From contig CAVUVW010000020.1 of the NCBI GenBank assembly GCA_963745035.1, positions 32,001-96,000 of the forward strand: a stretch of DNA of 64,000 nt, read 5' to 3'. The first letter of the stretch is position 1. Every line of letters begins with the position of its first letter. Under the pieces are notes generated by a model. It was given only the letters and a program-made list of their open reading frames with translations. It was not told the origin of the DNA and did no database searches. A program made the position numbers and the translations under genes. This document shows positions 31,675 through 45,206 of the stretch, in pieces. The stretch is from an uncultured delta proteobacterium. GTDB lineage: Bacteria; Desulfobacterota; Binatia; UBA9968.

Positions 31675-32685
31675 ATGGATCACTCACATACATGGGCAGT
31701 GGTGCTGGCCGGAGGAGAAGGGACCCGCGTGCGGAGTTTCCTCCAGCAGTTTTGTGGCGGCAGCGGACTGAAGCAGTTTTCGACGATCATCGGACAACGC
31801 TCGATGCTCCGTTGCACCCTGGATCGGGTGGTTCAGCTCATTCCGCCGGAACGCGTCTTGATCGTCGTCAGCGCGCACCATCGCGAGGAGGTAGAGGACC
31901 AACTCGCTCATTGGCCGCGCGAGAACATCATTTACCAGCCTGCCAATCGCGACACCGCTCCGGGAATCCTTTTGCCGCTGGCGCACATTACCAATCGGGA
32001 TCCGGCGGCAACCGTGGTGGTTTTTCCATCGGATCACTTCATCCTCGACGAGGAATGTTTTATGGGCGCCGTGCAAAAGGCGCTGCTCGAGCTGCAAAGC
32101 AATCCCAGCCGGATGATTCTGCTCGGCATGCCGCCGCAGCTGGGCGAAGAGACCGAATACGGCTATATCGTCGGCACGGGCAAAAGCGCGCACGCCGAAG
32201 CCATTCCGGTCGCCGGGTTTGTCGAAAAACCGCCGCTAACTCAGGCCAAAGAGCTGATCCAGCGCGGCGCATTGTGGAATACCATGGTTTTCGCCGTCGA
32301 AAACGTCACTCTTTGGGACATAGTGCAGCGCACCGCGCCGATCCTCTACCACGCCTTTCGCCTGATCCAAATGAACTTGCGCGCCGGCTCCCCATCCCAA
32401 GCCGTGGAGCACATTTATCAAGCTATTCCCGCAGTGAACTTTTCCTCATCGATATGCGAGCCGCTTGCGGCGCGACTCTGCGTGCTGCCGGTGCCCGACG
32501 TCGGCTGGAGCGACTGGGGCACGGTGGGAAGCATCCTGCGAACGCTCAAGAAGCTCGGCGAGTTCGACGCGTTTTGCGCCCGCGCGGGAAAACCTCAGGT
32601 GCAGCCGGCATGGCAGAGTCTCGAAACGTGCCGCAAGCCGGGCCGCGCCGAGCCGTACGGCGCTCAGCGCGCCAGCCTCCACTAA
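31675..32685 (+). CDS. Sugar-phosphate nucleotidyltransferase (mannose-1-phosphate guanylyltransferase-like)
   Basis: VVLAGGEGTR, KQF, FPSDH, EYGYI, FVEKP, WSDWG. Confidence 0.88.
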   Translation: MDHSHTWAVVLAGGEGTRVRSFLQQFCGGSGLKQFSTIIGQRSMLRCTLDRVVQLIPPERVLIVVSAHHREEVEDQLAHWPRENIIYQPANRDTAPGILLPLAHITNRDPAATVVVFPSDHFILDEECFMGAVQKALLELQSNPSRMILLGMPPQLGEETEYGYIVGTGKSAHAEAIPVAGFVEKPPLTQAKELIQRGALWNTMVFAVENVTLWDIVQRTAPILYHAFRLIQMNLRAGSPSQAVEHIYQAIPAVNFSSSICEPLAARLCVLPVPDVGWSDWGTVGSILRTLKKLGEFDAFCARAGKPQVQPAWQSLETCRKPGRAEPYGAQRASLH

Positions 32686-32892
32686 GCCCGACTTATTCAT
32701 CGAACACTCTGCCGGCCGAGGTCACTAGCACCCTGCTTTCATAGTCCCGCAAGTTGCTTCACGCGATGACGACCTTTCATCGCGGCATGGCGCGCCTTGC
32801 CCCTACTGCTGGTGTTAGCGGTACAGGCCTATTGCCTTTGTTCGCAAGGGCTGCACTTCGCTCGTGTTTTCAGAGCGAATAATTCAGCACAG

Positions 32893-33222
32893 CTACTTGG
32901 TCCTCTGCGCCGCGCCGTCGGCCACGACGAGATAGATCTCCCGGTTCGGCGACTGGCGCAGGAGCGGCGAGACTTTCTTCGTCCATTGCTGAAACGCCGC
33001 ATCCTCGGTGACTCGATGGATCTGCTTTTCCAGAGTTTCCAGATCGGGCGCGTCCTGGACGAACACCACGTTCGGCGCCTCCGGCGAAGCGAAATGGGTG
33101 TGCAGAATTCGCGCGTTTTGACCGCCGACGTTTTGCACCAGATGGAGCAGCGATTGCAGCTCGTTTTCCAGCTCCCCGGTTTTCCCGGGCAAGGTATGAA
33201 ACATCAGACTTGATGCGTACAT
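32893..33222 (-). CDS. Hypothetical protein, likely dimeric alpha-beta barrel
   Basis: 109 aa, AGGAG RBS, sigma54 motif upstream. Confidence 0.7.
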   Translation of the reverse strand: MYASSLMFHTLPGKTGELENELQSLLHLVQNVGGQNARILHTHFASPEAPNVVFVQDAPDLETLEKQIHRVTEDAAFQQWTKKVSPLLRQSPNREIYLVVADGAAQRTK

Positions 33223-33429
33223 CTTGGCACTCCTTTCTTTCGCGATCGTTGCTTGGCGCGCGGGTTGATTACGCGCTACCGCCGCGATTCCAAGCTCTCG
33301 ATTTTTTAACTATTCAAAGCGCCGGCGCTTTCACTCGCTGCGCCGGCCCGCGCGCCCGCCGTTTCATCGCTGTTCTACCGCGCAAACTCGTCGCACCCGC
33401 GGCTTGAATGTCACCCGGCAGAAGTTTGG

Positions 33430-33444
33430 GCAACAAACATGCCA
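33430..33444 (-). promoter_or_regulatory. sigma54 promoter
   Basis: TGGCAT-GTTTG-TTGC. Confidence 0.75.
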
Positions 33445-33614
33445 GCACACGATCTGCGCAATAGCTTCGAGCCCGCGCGAATGTCGGCATTCCGCTCTCG
33501 TATTCTGGTTCTGCCCGCCTCGGGTTGTCTCCAGCGTGGAACAGCCCGATGACAACCCGTCTTGGGTTTAAGACAGCCCCGAGCGGCGGTCAGCGCCGCC
33601 ACAGCGATCGTTTG

Positions 33615-33629
33615 CGGCATAGGCCTTGC
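33615..33629 (+). promoter_or_regulatory. sigma54 promoter of sucA
   Basis: CGGCAT-AGGCC-TTGC. Confidence 0.7.
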
Positions 33630-33687
33630 TCAAAATAATCCCAAAGCAGCGCGCAGTTCGCAGCTCGCTGCCCTCCCCTGCACCGCC

Positions 33688-36453
<2,766 letters not shown>

Positions 36454-36607
36454 GGATCTCGGCGCGGCGCGTCAAGCGCGGCACAGCCATAAAGTGGAAA
36501 GCAGAAAACCCACCACGAAGGACACGAAAAGCAGAAGCTGCGTGCTCAAAATATGTGGGTCCGTAGATGATTCATGGAGTCAACAACCGGAAATAAGCGC
36601 AGCATTC

Positions 36608-36685
36608 CGTCATACCCGCGAAAGCGGGTATCCAGGCGAATTGGGGCGGAGAACAACCTGGATTCCCGCGTGCGCGGGAATGACG
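36608..36685. repeat. REP-like palindromic repeat
   Basis: GTCATACCCGCGAAAGCGGGTATCCAG...CTGGATTCCCGCGTGCGCGGGAATGAC; relative at 62447-62545. Confidence 0.8.
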
Positions 36686-36798
36686 AATCGCGGGGAAAAC
36701 GTGCCGACCGAAACCCTCTATTTTCATTCTCTGTGAGCGTGTGCAAGCTCATGGCACACTCCTCCGAAATTCGGCTGTATGAACGCATTGCCGCCTGG

Positions 36799-36898
36799 TG
36801 TCATTCTGAGGCCCTTCGTCAGTCTCAGGATAAACTCCGCCGAAGAATCTGCTTTCGCTCCCGAGGAAAACAGATGCTTCGCTGCGCTCAGATGACGT
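36799..36898. repeat. REP-like palindromic repeat, second type
   Basis: GTCATTCTGAG...CGAAGAATCT ... AGATGCTTCG..CTCAGATGAC. Confidence 0.7.
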
Positions 36899-37008
36899 AT
36901 CGGAGCCGCGTGGTGATCATGTTTTCATGATCTGGGGCGTGCATAAGATCATGAATCACTTCGTGGTCACACCCATTAGAAACTTTCAAGAATATTCAGG
37001 AGCGCGCC

Positions 37009-38274
37009 ATGCGGGTAGACATTAAAATTCCAAGCGTCGGCGAATCGATCACCGAAGTGGAGATCGGCGAATGGCTCAAGCAGGCCGGCGACGCGGTCAG
37101 CAAGAACGAAAATCTATTGCTGCTCGAAACCGATAAGGCGACCGTGGAGATCCGCGCGCCGCAAGCGGGCACGCTGGCCGAAGTGCTGAAGCAAAACGGC
37201 GAGAGCGCGGCGGTCGGCGAGGTGATCGGCCGCCTGGAGACCAACGGCGCCGGCGCCCAGGCCGCCCAATCCGAAGGCACGCGCGCCGAGAATCCGCCGC
37301 TGCAAAGCCCGACCCCGCCGGACCCGCCGTCGCCGTCGCCCGACCCGGCGCCGAGCGGCGCAGCGGAGACCGGCGACGGCGCCGCCGAGCAGCGGCTGGC
37401 GCCCGAAGAAGGGCCGAGCGACGGCGAGATGGAGATCATCGGCGCCAAAGAGGAAGCGGCGCAACAGGCCCAGGCTGCCGAGCCGGCGGCAGATCAGCAG
37501 CCGAGCATTGAAGGTCGCGGCGAAGAGGCGCACGAGTTCAGAGAAGCCCCCGCCGCACCACCGCCGCGCTCGGAAGGGCGCGACGAGGTCGTGCCGATGT
37601 CGGTGCTGCGCCGGCGCATCGCCGAGCGGCTCGTGGCGGCGCAACGCAACGCCGCGCTGCTGACGACCTTCAATGAGATCGACATGAGCGCGGTCATCGC
37701 GCTACGTCGCTCGCAAGGCGAAGCATTTCAAAGCCAGCACGGGATCAAGCTCGGCTTCATGTCGTTTTTCGTCAAAGCCGCGGTGGCGGCGCTCCGCGCC
37801 GTCCGGGAGATCAACGCCGAGATCGACGGCGACAAGATCGTCTATCACAACTATTACGACATCGGCGTCGCCGTCGGCGGCGGCAAAGGCCTGGTGGTGC
37901 CCGTGCTGCGCCGTGCCGAAGAGATGAGCTTTGCCGAGATCGAGCGCGCTATCGCCGATTTCGTTGCCCGCGCGCGCGACAACCGCCTGCGGCCCGACGA
38001 GCTGCAAGGCGGCACCTTCACCATCACCAACGGCGGCGTCTACGGCTCGCTGCTCTCCACGCCGATCATCAATCCGCCGCAGAGCGCGATTCTCGGTCTG
38101 CACGCGATCCAGGAGCGCCCGGTGGCGCGCGACGGCGCGGTGGTCGTGCGGCCGATGATGTACGCGGCGCTCACGTACGATCACCGCATCGTCGACGGCC
38201 GCGAGGCCGTGCTCTTTCTCAAGCGCATCAAGACGCTGATCGAAGAGCCGGCGCTCCTGCTGCTCGAGTCGTAG
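37009..38274 (+). CDS. sucB: Dihydrolipoyllysine-residue succinyltransferase E2
   Basis: Lipoyl ETDKAT, TTFNEIDM, YDHRIVDG. Confidence 0.96.
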   Translation: MRVDIKIPSVGESITEVEIGEWLKQAGDAVSKNENLLLLETDKATVEIRAPQAGTLAEVLKQNGESAAVGEVIGRLETNGAGAQAAQSEGTRAENPPLQSPTPPDPPSPSPDPAPSGAAETGDGAAEQRLAPEEGPSDGEMEIIGAKEEAAQQAQAAEPAADQQPSIEGRGEEAHEFREAPAAPPPRSEGRDEVVPMSVLRRRIAERLVAAQRNAALLTTFNEIDMSAVIALRRSQGEAFQSQHGIKLGFMSFFVKAAVAALRAVREINAEIDGDKIVYHNYYDIGVAVGGGKGLVVPVLRRAEEMSFAEIERAIADFVARARDNRLRPDELQGGTFTITNGGVYGSLLSTPIINPPQSAILGLHAIQERPVARDGAVVVRPMMYAALTYDHRIVDGREAVLFLKRIKTLIEEPALLLLES

Positions 38275-39436
38275 GGCCGCGCTCTCGGCTGCGCTTGCGC
38301 AGCGACGCGCGCAGCCGCTCGCGCAAGCTTCCGCTGGCCTGCCGGAGATTTCGTCGGAGCAGCGCCGCGACCGCGGTCTCATCGGGCGTCAGGCCGGACA
38401 GCTTGGAAGTCGCGCGACGACTTTGTCCGGCTTTGAAAACCTCGCCAAGCGCGCCGCTGTGATAAGCTGCGAACACCGCCGGATGGACGTAGCACTTCCG
38501 GCACACCGCGATGGTGTTCCCCAGTTGTTTGGCGACGCCTTCGAGCGCGCGGGTGATATTTCTCTTGGTTTTTTTCGCACCGGCCCGCTCGAGCTCGAGC
38601 AGCGTTTTCGCGGCCAGCACGGTGCCCGCCCAGGTGCGAAAATCTTTGCTGCTGAAATCGTCGCCCGCCACCGCGCGCAGATAATCGTTCACGTCGGCCG
38701 AGCCGATGGCGCAGCGCTCGCCGTCCTCATCGACGTATTGAAACAGCTCGTGTCCGGGAAGCTCCTGGCAGCGCCGGATAATTGTAGCGAGCCGCCGATC
38801 GCTCAGATCGAAGGCGTGCCGGACGCGGCTCTTGCCGCGAAATTCAAAGCGGATCTTCGGTCCCGACACGTTTACGTGGCGCGTGCGCAGGGTCGCCAGT
38901 CCGAAGGAGCCGTTGTGACGCGCGTACTCTTCGTTGCCGACGCGGATCATCCCGCTTTCGAGCAGGCGGACCACGGTGGCGAGCACTTTTCGCCGCGGCA
39001 GGCCGGCCAGCGCGAGATCCTTTTCCACTTGTCGACGGATCGCCGGCAGTTGCTTGGCGAACGCCGGCAGCTTTTCATACTTGGTTTGATCTCTGACCTC
39101 GCGCCAGCGCGGATGGTAGCGGTGCTGCTTCCTGCCTTTGGCGTCGCGCCCGGTCGCCTGCAGATGGCCGTTGGGCAGGGGGCAAATCCACACGTCGCTC
39201 CAGGCCGGCGGAATCGCCAGGGACTTAATACGGCGGATCTCCGCGGCATCGCGAATGAGCTTGCCGTCCGCCGTCGTGTAGACAAAGCCGCTTCCGGCGC
39301 GCCGGCGAGCGATGCCGCGCGCCTCGTCACTCACGTAGCGTAGGCCCGCTGCCCTGGCGGATTCCGCCGCATCGCCCGGCGACGGCGCGTCGTCGGAGCC
39401 GTCTCGCGCTTCGGCAAGCGCAGCGCCGGTCTTCAT
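38228..39436 (-). CDS. Bacterial DNA topoisomerase IB
   Basis: IPPAWSDVWI, GRDAKGRKQ, RVGNEEY, FRGKS, KDFRTW, LGNT..VCRKCY. Confidence 0.92.
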   Translation of the reverse strand: MKTGAALAEARDGSDDAPSPGDAAESARAAGLRYVSDEARGIARRRAGSGFVYTTADGKLIRDAAEIRRIKSLAIPPAWSDVWICPLPNGHLQATGRDAKGRKQHRYHPRWREVRDQTKYEKLPAFAKQLPAIRRQVEKDLALAGLPRRKVLATVVRLLESGMIRVGNEEYARHNGSFGLATLRTRHVNVSGPKIRFEFRGKSRVRHAFDLSDRRLATIIRRCQELPGHELFQYVDEDGERCAIGSADVNDYLRAVAGDDFSSKDFRTWAGTVLAAKTLLELERAGAKKTKRNITRALEGVAKQLGNTIAVCRKCYVHPAVFAAYHSGALGEVFKAGQSRRATSKLSGLTPDETAVAALLRRNLRQASGSLRERLRASLRKRSRERGPTTRAAGAPALRSAS

Positions 39437-39665
39437 CGCGAAACCTGCGGTGACGACTCGGCTCCGCGCCCGTGGGGCGCAATCCTGGAGTCGTGAAGAC
39501 ACTCACGCCTGCCGCAAAGTCTTTTGCGTTCGGCGAGCCGTCGCTCCGCGGGCAATAATTCGTGAAACACCGGCGATCGCGATCGGTTCAGAAGCGGCAA
39601 AGCATTGTCTCTACGGCGGCAGCAGGATTGCGCGCGGTGAGGCGGATCGCTCTCAGGCTCTGGGT

Positions 39666-39956
39666 TCAGCTTGTGTAGCCCCGGTTGGCGGCGTGCCGGC
39701 GCGCTTCGAGCTTGGCGACTTTGCGGTACGCGCCGAACAGGAGCCAAGCCGGCGCCCATTGGGCGATAAAGCAGCCCCAGCGGCTGCGGCCGGCGACATG
39801 GCACGCTAGAGCCAACGCCACAGCGCCCAAAGCCGCGCCGAGATAAGCCGACGAAGGCACCAAAGCGGCGCACTCTTCGACGACTTCCGCGAGATTTTCG
39901 TTGGGCTGGCGCGGCGCGCCGGTTGCCAAGGCGTTTTCGTAATTGTCCATAAGCAT
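39666..39956 (-). CDS. Small membrane protein, paralogue of 58559
   Basis: PSSAYL...WG.FIAQW.P.WL..G.Y.K..KLE. Confidence 0.75.
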   Translation of the reverse strand: MLMDNYENALATGAPRQPNENLAEVVEECAALVPSSAYLGAALGAVALALACHVAGRSRWGCFIAQWAPAWLLFGAYRKVAKLEARRHAANRGYTS

Positions 39957-40020
39957 CTTCCATGATTTATTTTCTTCGAATCTCCTCCGCTCGCGCGCAC
40001 GCCCGCCGTGGAATTTTTCA

Positions 40021-40035
40021 GCAATGCATATGCCA
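40021..40035 (-). promoter_or_regulatory. sigma54 promoter
   Basis: TGGCAT-ATGCA-TTGC. Confidence 0.75.
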
Positions 40036-40331
40036 CGTTTCTGCGACAGTCGCGTCGCCGGCGACCTTCGCGCGAATGAGCCAGGCGCGGACGCTTGGCC
40101 GGCTGATTTTCCGGTGAGTTATGGCGGGTGACAACGAGCCGACGGTGGAACAATTGCCAGCGCGAAAGAATCTATTTCTTATTTCTAGATCGCCGTGAGT
40201 CCAAAGCTGTATTGGAGCTGAGACAGCCCCGGCCCTCGGCACCTGCCGGACAAACAGACGTTTTCCGAGTTTTCCGCGTGGGATCATCGACATCGATCGT
40301 TGCCCACTCCACACAAGACGCCTCCGGCGAT

Positions 40332-40346
40332 TGGCTCCGCTTTTGC
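40332..40346 (+). promoter_or_regulatory. sigma54 promoter (variant)
   Basis: TGGCTC-CGCTT-TTGC upstream of 40485. Confidence 0.5.
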
Positions 40347-40484
40347 TTTGCATCATGACCGTCTGCATCATGAACGGTTGAATGATTCGATTGTTCACCG
40401 AAAGGAGTTTGCCGGCGCGGTCTCGGCGAGCTAAGGGTTTCGTTCGCCTCGAGCTCGGATTGCGCCAGCGATAAAAAGTACCCA

Positions 40485-41585
40485 ATGCGAATCGCGCAAA
40501 TCGCGCCGCTCTACGAGCGAGTTCCGCCGCTGTTTTACGGCGGTACCGAGCGCGTCGTCTCCTATCTCACCGAGGAGTTGGTGCGCCAGGGACACGATGT
40601 CACCCTTTTTGCCAGCGGCGATTCGGTCACGCGAGCGCGCCTGGTGGCTTGCTCCGAGCGCTCGCTCCGCCTCGATAAACGCGTCGTTGATCCGGTGGCG
40701 CATCATTTCGTCGAGCTCGAAGCGGTCTTCGCGCGCGCCGCGGAGTTCGACGTGCTTCATTTTCATATCGACTATCTGCACTATCCATTTTCCCAGCGGC
40801 AGAATGTCCGCCACGTGACCACGCTCCACGGCCTGCTCGAGCTGCGCGACTTACAGCCGCTCTACAAGATTTTCTCCGACGTGCCCGTGGTATCGATTTC
40901 AGACGCGCAGCGCCGCCCGCTGCCGGGCGCCAACTGGCAGGGCACGGTGCACCACGGCTTGCCCGTCGATCTTTACAGGCCGCGCCGCGAAGCGGGCGAT
41001 TACCTGGTTTTTCTCGGGCGCATCGCGGTCGAAAAACGCGTGGACCGCGCCATCGAGATCGCCAAGCGCTGCCGCATGCCGCTCAAGATCGCGGCCAAGG
41101 TGGACAACTTCGACCGCAAATACTTCGAGCGCTCGATCAAGCCGCTGCTCGATGATCCGCTGGTGGAATGGGTCGGCGAGGTCGGCGAAGATGGCAAACA
41201 GGATCTACTCGCGCACGCCTATGCGCTGCTGTTTCCGATCGATTGGCCCGAGCCCTTCGGCTTGGTACTGGTGGAAGCCATGGCCTGCGGCACGCCGTCG
41301 ATCGCGTATCGCTGCGGCGCGGTGCCCGAGCTGGTGGAGGACGGCGTAACTGGTTATATCGTCAACGACGTGAGCGCGGCCGTTGAAGCGGTCGCCAAGG
41401 TGGGGCGTCTGGATCGCAGTTTGTGCCGGCGCCGTTTCGAAGAGCGCTTCAGCGCCAAGCGCATGGCGCAAAGCTACCTCGAAATTTACCAGCGGCTCAT
41501 GCCGGCAAAACAAAACCATAAGAAACCGCTTCGGCCCGCGCCCGCGTCGGTGAATGCGCAGCCCGGCAACCCGCTGGTGTCTTAG
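40485..41585 (+). CDS. Glycosyltransferase family 4
   Basis: VPPLFYGGTER, LGRI..EK, EPFGLVLVEAMACGTP. Confidence 0.93.
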   Translation: MRIAQIAPLYERVPPLFYGGTERVVSYLTEELVRQGHDVTLFASGDSVTRARLVACSERSLRLDKRVVDPVAHHFVELEAVFARAAEFDVLHFHIDYLHYPFSQRQNVRHVTTLHGLLELRDLQPLYKIFSDVPVVSISDAQRRPLPGANWQGTVHHGLPVDLYRPRREAGDYLVFLGRIAVEKRVDRAIEIAKRCRMPLKIAAKVDNFDRKYFERSIKPLLDDPLVEWVGEVGEDGKQDLLAHAYALLFPIDWPEPFGLVLVEAMACGTPSIAYRCGAVPELVEDGVTGYIVNDVSAAVEAVAKVGRLDRSLCRRRFEERFSAKRMAQSYLEIYQRLMPAKQNHKKPLRPAPASVNAQPGNPLVS

Positions 41586-41590
41586 TCAAT

Positions 41591-43742
41591 TTAATAGATG
41601 ACGATGTCGGCGTCGCCTTCGCGCCGCTCAACGCCGATGCCGCGAAACGAGCGGTCGACCACCAGATCGAGCCGCGCGTTGCCCACCGTCAGATTTTTGA
41701 TGCGAATTTCGTCGAGGAATGCCGGCAGAGTCGGGGCGCCGAAGCGCACTTGCGCAGCCGCTCCGTCGATCGACAACCCCAGACACGCTTGCAACATCAT
41801 GAACACGGACGCGGCGGCCCACGCCTGGGGCGCGCACGCCACCGGATAGAGCGTCGGCCCTTCCCCTTCGCGCCGGCGAAAACCGCAAAAGAGCTCGGGC
41901 AAGCGGCGCAGCTCGAAGAACGTGCTGGCGTCGAACAGGCCGGTGATCACCTGGTTCACCGCATCCTTCAGTCCGTAGTTGGCCAGCCCGGCGGCGAAGA
42001 TCGCGTTGTCGTGCGGCCAGACCGAGCCGTTATGATACGACATCGGATTGTAGCGCACCTCCGCGGTCGCCAAGGTGCGCACGCCCCAGCCGGAAAAACA
42101 ATCTTCGCGCAGCAGCCGCTCGGCGATTTGCCTGGCGTAGTCTTCGCTCGCGATGCCGCTGAACAGGCAATGGCCGGCGTTGGAAGCGACGACTCCGCAA
42201 GGGCGCTTGTCGCCGTCAAGGGCCACCGCGAAGCTCGCCAGATCTTCGGACCAATATGCTTCGTTAAAACGATTGCGCAGAGTCTGCGCCTGTTCGAGCA
42301 GCTCGTAAGCATAGCCGCTTTCCCCGACCGCGTCGGCCAGCCGCGCGCCCGCGCTTTTCGCCGCATAGGCGTAGGCTTGCACTTCGGAGAGCGCGATCGG
42401 CCCGGCGGGCAGCGCGCCGTCGGCGTGGGAAATCGAATCCCACGAATCCTTCCAGCCCTGCTGCGCCAAGCCGCGCGAAGATAAGCGCGCGGATTCGACG
42501 AACCCGTCGCCGTCGATATCGCCGTAGCGATCGAGCCAGTCGAGAGCTGCGCGAACGTTGGGCCAGATCGCCTCGAGAAAAGCCCGGTCGCCGGTGCGCT
42601 CGTAATATGCGCCGGCGAGCATGACGAACAGCGGCGTGGAATCCGTGCTGCCATAGTAAAGGCCGAACGGCACTTCGTCGAGCGCCGCCATCTCGCCGCA
42701 ACGCATCTCGTGCAAGTATCTTTCCCGGCGTCGCGTCGCGCTCGGCGATCCGCTCCTTCGCCTGATACGCCGCGAGATAGCGCAACACGCCGCGCGCGAT
42801 TTGCGGGTTGAGCCAGAGAGTCGCCAGCGCCGTAATGATCCCGTCGCGCCCGAACGCGGTGCTGAACCACGGCACACCCGCGTAGGGATAAAGACCGTGC
42901 TCGGTTTCCGTCAACATCATCTGCAGATCCGACGACGAGCGCTCGAGCCAACGATTAAACTCGTGATTGGACGTACGCACCACGCACTGATCCGCTTTGC
43001 TGCGGCGCTCGCGCTCGGCGGCGTCGAGCGCAGGGACAGCCGACATCCGGCGCCGCGGGCGGTCGTCGATATCGAAATGATAACTCAGCGCGAACTGCTC
43101 CCGCTTTCCGGGCGGCAGCATGCGATGGAAATAGGCGCGCGATGCCGACAACTGCTCGGGGCCTGGCGCAAACTCGATGGTCGTTCTGCGCGTGACGTGA
43201 TCCAAACCCCGATAGCCCAACACCACCCGATCGGCGGTAATCTCATCCGGCAGCCGCCGTCCGCGCGCGCCGCGCTTCATTCCGCGCACTTCGAAGATGT
43301 CGGCGAAATCAGCATCGTATTGCAGGGTAAAAGACAGCTCGATTGGGATCAGGCTGTAGTTGGTGAGCTCGAAAGCTTCAAAGCAGGTCGCCTGCCACAA
43401 AAACTTGGTGCGAAAGATATGCAGATCGCCGCGGCGCAGCGCAACTCCCCCGTTTACGTAAAGATCAGGATTGGTCAGGTTGACCGCAAATAAGAGATTG
43501 TCATTCTTGATCGTCGAGCTCAGCAGAAACGGCTGCAGATTGCCCAAGCGAAATGCGAGCAGCGAGAGAAACCGGGTTCCTTCATGATAGATCCCCTGCT
43601 CGCCCAAGCCGGCGTGCTGAATGTCGCCGTTATGATCGAAAACACCGAAACTATCATCGTGCTTGAGCACGCGAACGTCCGCGCTGCTCGATGCCGTCGT
43701 GACAATATAGTAGTCGTCGGTGACGCGAAGAATATCGTTCAT
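41591..43742 (-). CDS. Amylo-alpha-1,6-glucosidase / glycogen debranching family (frameshift near 42716)
   Basis: DFADIFEVRG, AGVPWFSTAFGRD, PGKI/LHE, QGWKDS, YHNGSVWPHD, RLPELFCG. Confidence 0.9.
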
Positions 43743-44130
43743 GGCTGATTCACTCGCTTCTTTGTACGTAAGGTATCGCGCCGGGCGCATTGAGCGTTCA
43801 TTCTAGTGCAACGCTTCTTGCCTGTCATCCCTGCCAGCATAGCAAATTGCTTCGCGCCGGCCAGCGTTCCCGCTGGGTTGCGCGCAGAACGTTTCACTGA
43901 TGGGAATCGGCCCGCGCAAGACATGCGCGTTCAAAGCGGAGAGATACAGTCGATCATGCGTGCGATCGCGCGCATTTCTCCGCGCTGCGACATGCACCCG
44001 TTGCGCTGTTCTCGCTTGGGACAAACTTTGCGCGGCTATCGATCAGCGAAGTTCCGATCGACGCGCCGGCTTAGCGTAATTACATTGCTGTTCGCGCGCA
44101 CATCGCACACGAGCGGCACAGAATCACTCG

Positions 44131-44145
44131 TGGCATATATGTTGC
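44131..44145 (+). promoter_or_regulatory. sigma54 promoter with no downstream CDS
   Basis: TGGCAT-ATATG-TTGC. Confidence 0.65.
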
Positions 44146-44256
44146 CGAAAGTGCGAAGCAGCGGTTACCCGAACCGGAAACTTCGGAGTCCTTAACGTGC
44201 GCCTCGAGTTCGCGCGGAAAGGGGTCTGGAGGCTGGCAAGAATCAGCTAGAGCTGC

Positions 44257-45144
44257 TTAGGGGAGAAGCGCGGATGGACAAGCGACGGATGGAGGGCGGC
44301 TGCGCGCCGCCCTCCATGCGGTGGTTTTAACTGAACGGGTACTTATTCTCTGCCGGTCGGCTTGGTCGCCGGGCCTGTGGTCTGGCCGCTTCTCGGGCGG
44401 GCTGCCGGCTTGAGTGCCGCGCTTGCTGACGCCTTTCGAGGTCTCCGGCTGCTGCGTCGTGCCTGAGCTCGAGGACTGACCCGGGCTCGTGGAGCTCGAG
44501 CCGGAGCCGCTGCCGCTCCCTATGCCGCTCGAATCCTTCGAAGAGCCGCGGCTACCGCTCGAAGAGCCGCTGCCCGACGAGCTCCCGGTTCCAGAAGAGC
44601 TACCCATACCGGAAGAACCGGAAGAGGAGCTTCCCATGCCCGATGAGCCGCTTCTGCTCGACGAACCCATACCCGAGGATGAGCTGGCTACGTCAACGCC
44701 GAGCGCGCTGGCGGTCTTTTCATCGATGCGCCCGCTGGCGGTCAGGTTGTTGGATTTTTGAAATTCCCGCAGGGCGCTTTGTGTTTTCGGACCCATCACG
44801 CCGTCCTCAGGACCCGGATCCATGCCTTTGCTCTTCAAGGCGGCTTGGACTTCTTTCACCTTTTCCTTGGACATGCTCCCGGCGCTTGCTCTGCGAGCGC
44901 TTCCCTCACTGCCACGATCGCTTTGCACGCTGCTGCCGCCTCGATCCGTTTGCATGCTGCCCGACGATGACCCGCGTTGGCTGCTGCTGCCAGTCGCGGA
45001 CGGATCGCTCGACTTCTGAGATTCACTGCCGCTCTTCGAGGATCCCGCGCCGCTCGAACCTCCGGTCTGCGTCCATGCGTGCGGTGCCATCACTAATACC
45101 GCGCCGCTCAGCACCAGACTCGATAAAACTTGCGTTTTCTTCAT
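44257..45144 (-). CDS. Secreted peptidoglycan-binding-domain protein with Ser/Gly low-complexity arms
   Basis: Signal peptide; VQAALKSKGMDPGPEDGVMGPKTQSALREFQK (PG_binding_1); the 3' end is uncertain. Confidence 0.82.
   Translation of the reverse strand: MKKTQVLSSLVLSGAVLVMAPHAWTQTGGSSGAGSSKSGSESQKSSDPSATGSSSQRGSSSGSMQTDRGGSSVQSDRGSEGSARRASAGSMSKEKVKEVQAALKSKGMDPGPEDGVMGPKTQSALREFQKSNNLTASGRIDEKTASALGVDVASSSSGMGSSSRSGSSGMGSSSSGSSGMGSSSGTGSSSGSGSSSGSRGSSKDSSGIGSGSGSGSSSTSPGQSSSSGTTQQPETSKGVSKRGTQAGSPPEKRPDHRPGDQADRQRISTRSVKTTAWRAARSRPPSVACPSALLP
44289..44317. terminator. GC-rich hairpin
   Basis: ATGGAGGGCGGC-TGCGC-GCCGCCCTCCAT. Confidence 0.55.
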
Positions 45145-45191
45145 GTTCTCTCCCTTTCCTTTTAAGTTATTTCCGTCCACCCGTTATAGCA

Positions 45192-45206
45192 GCAACCCCT
45201 ATGCCA
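45192..45206 (-). promoter_or_regulatory. sigma54 promoter
   Basis: TGGCAT-AGGGG-TTGC. Confidence 0.75.

Noticed and set aside
33562-33687. N-terminal extensions in the ORF track for sucA, 46980, 62658 and dnaX
   Set aside because: They overlap promoter motifs or lack an RBS; downstream starts fit the family N-termini better.
43808-43825. sigma54 sites at about 43809, 46780 and 32788
   Set aside because: GG-to-GC spacing is not 10 nt, which sigma54 strictly requires.
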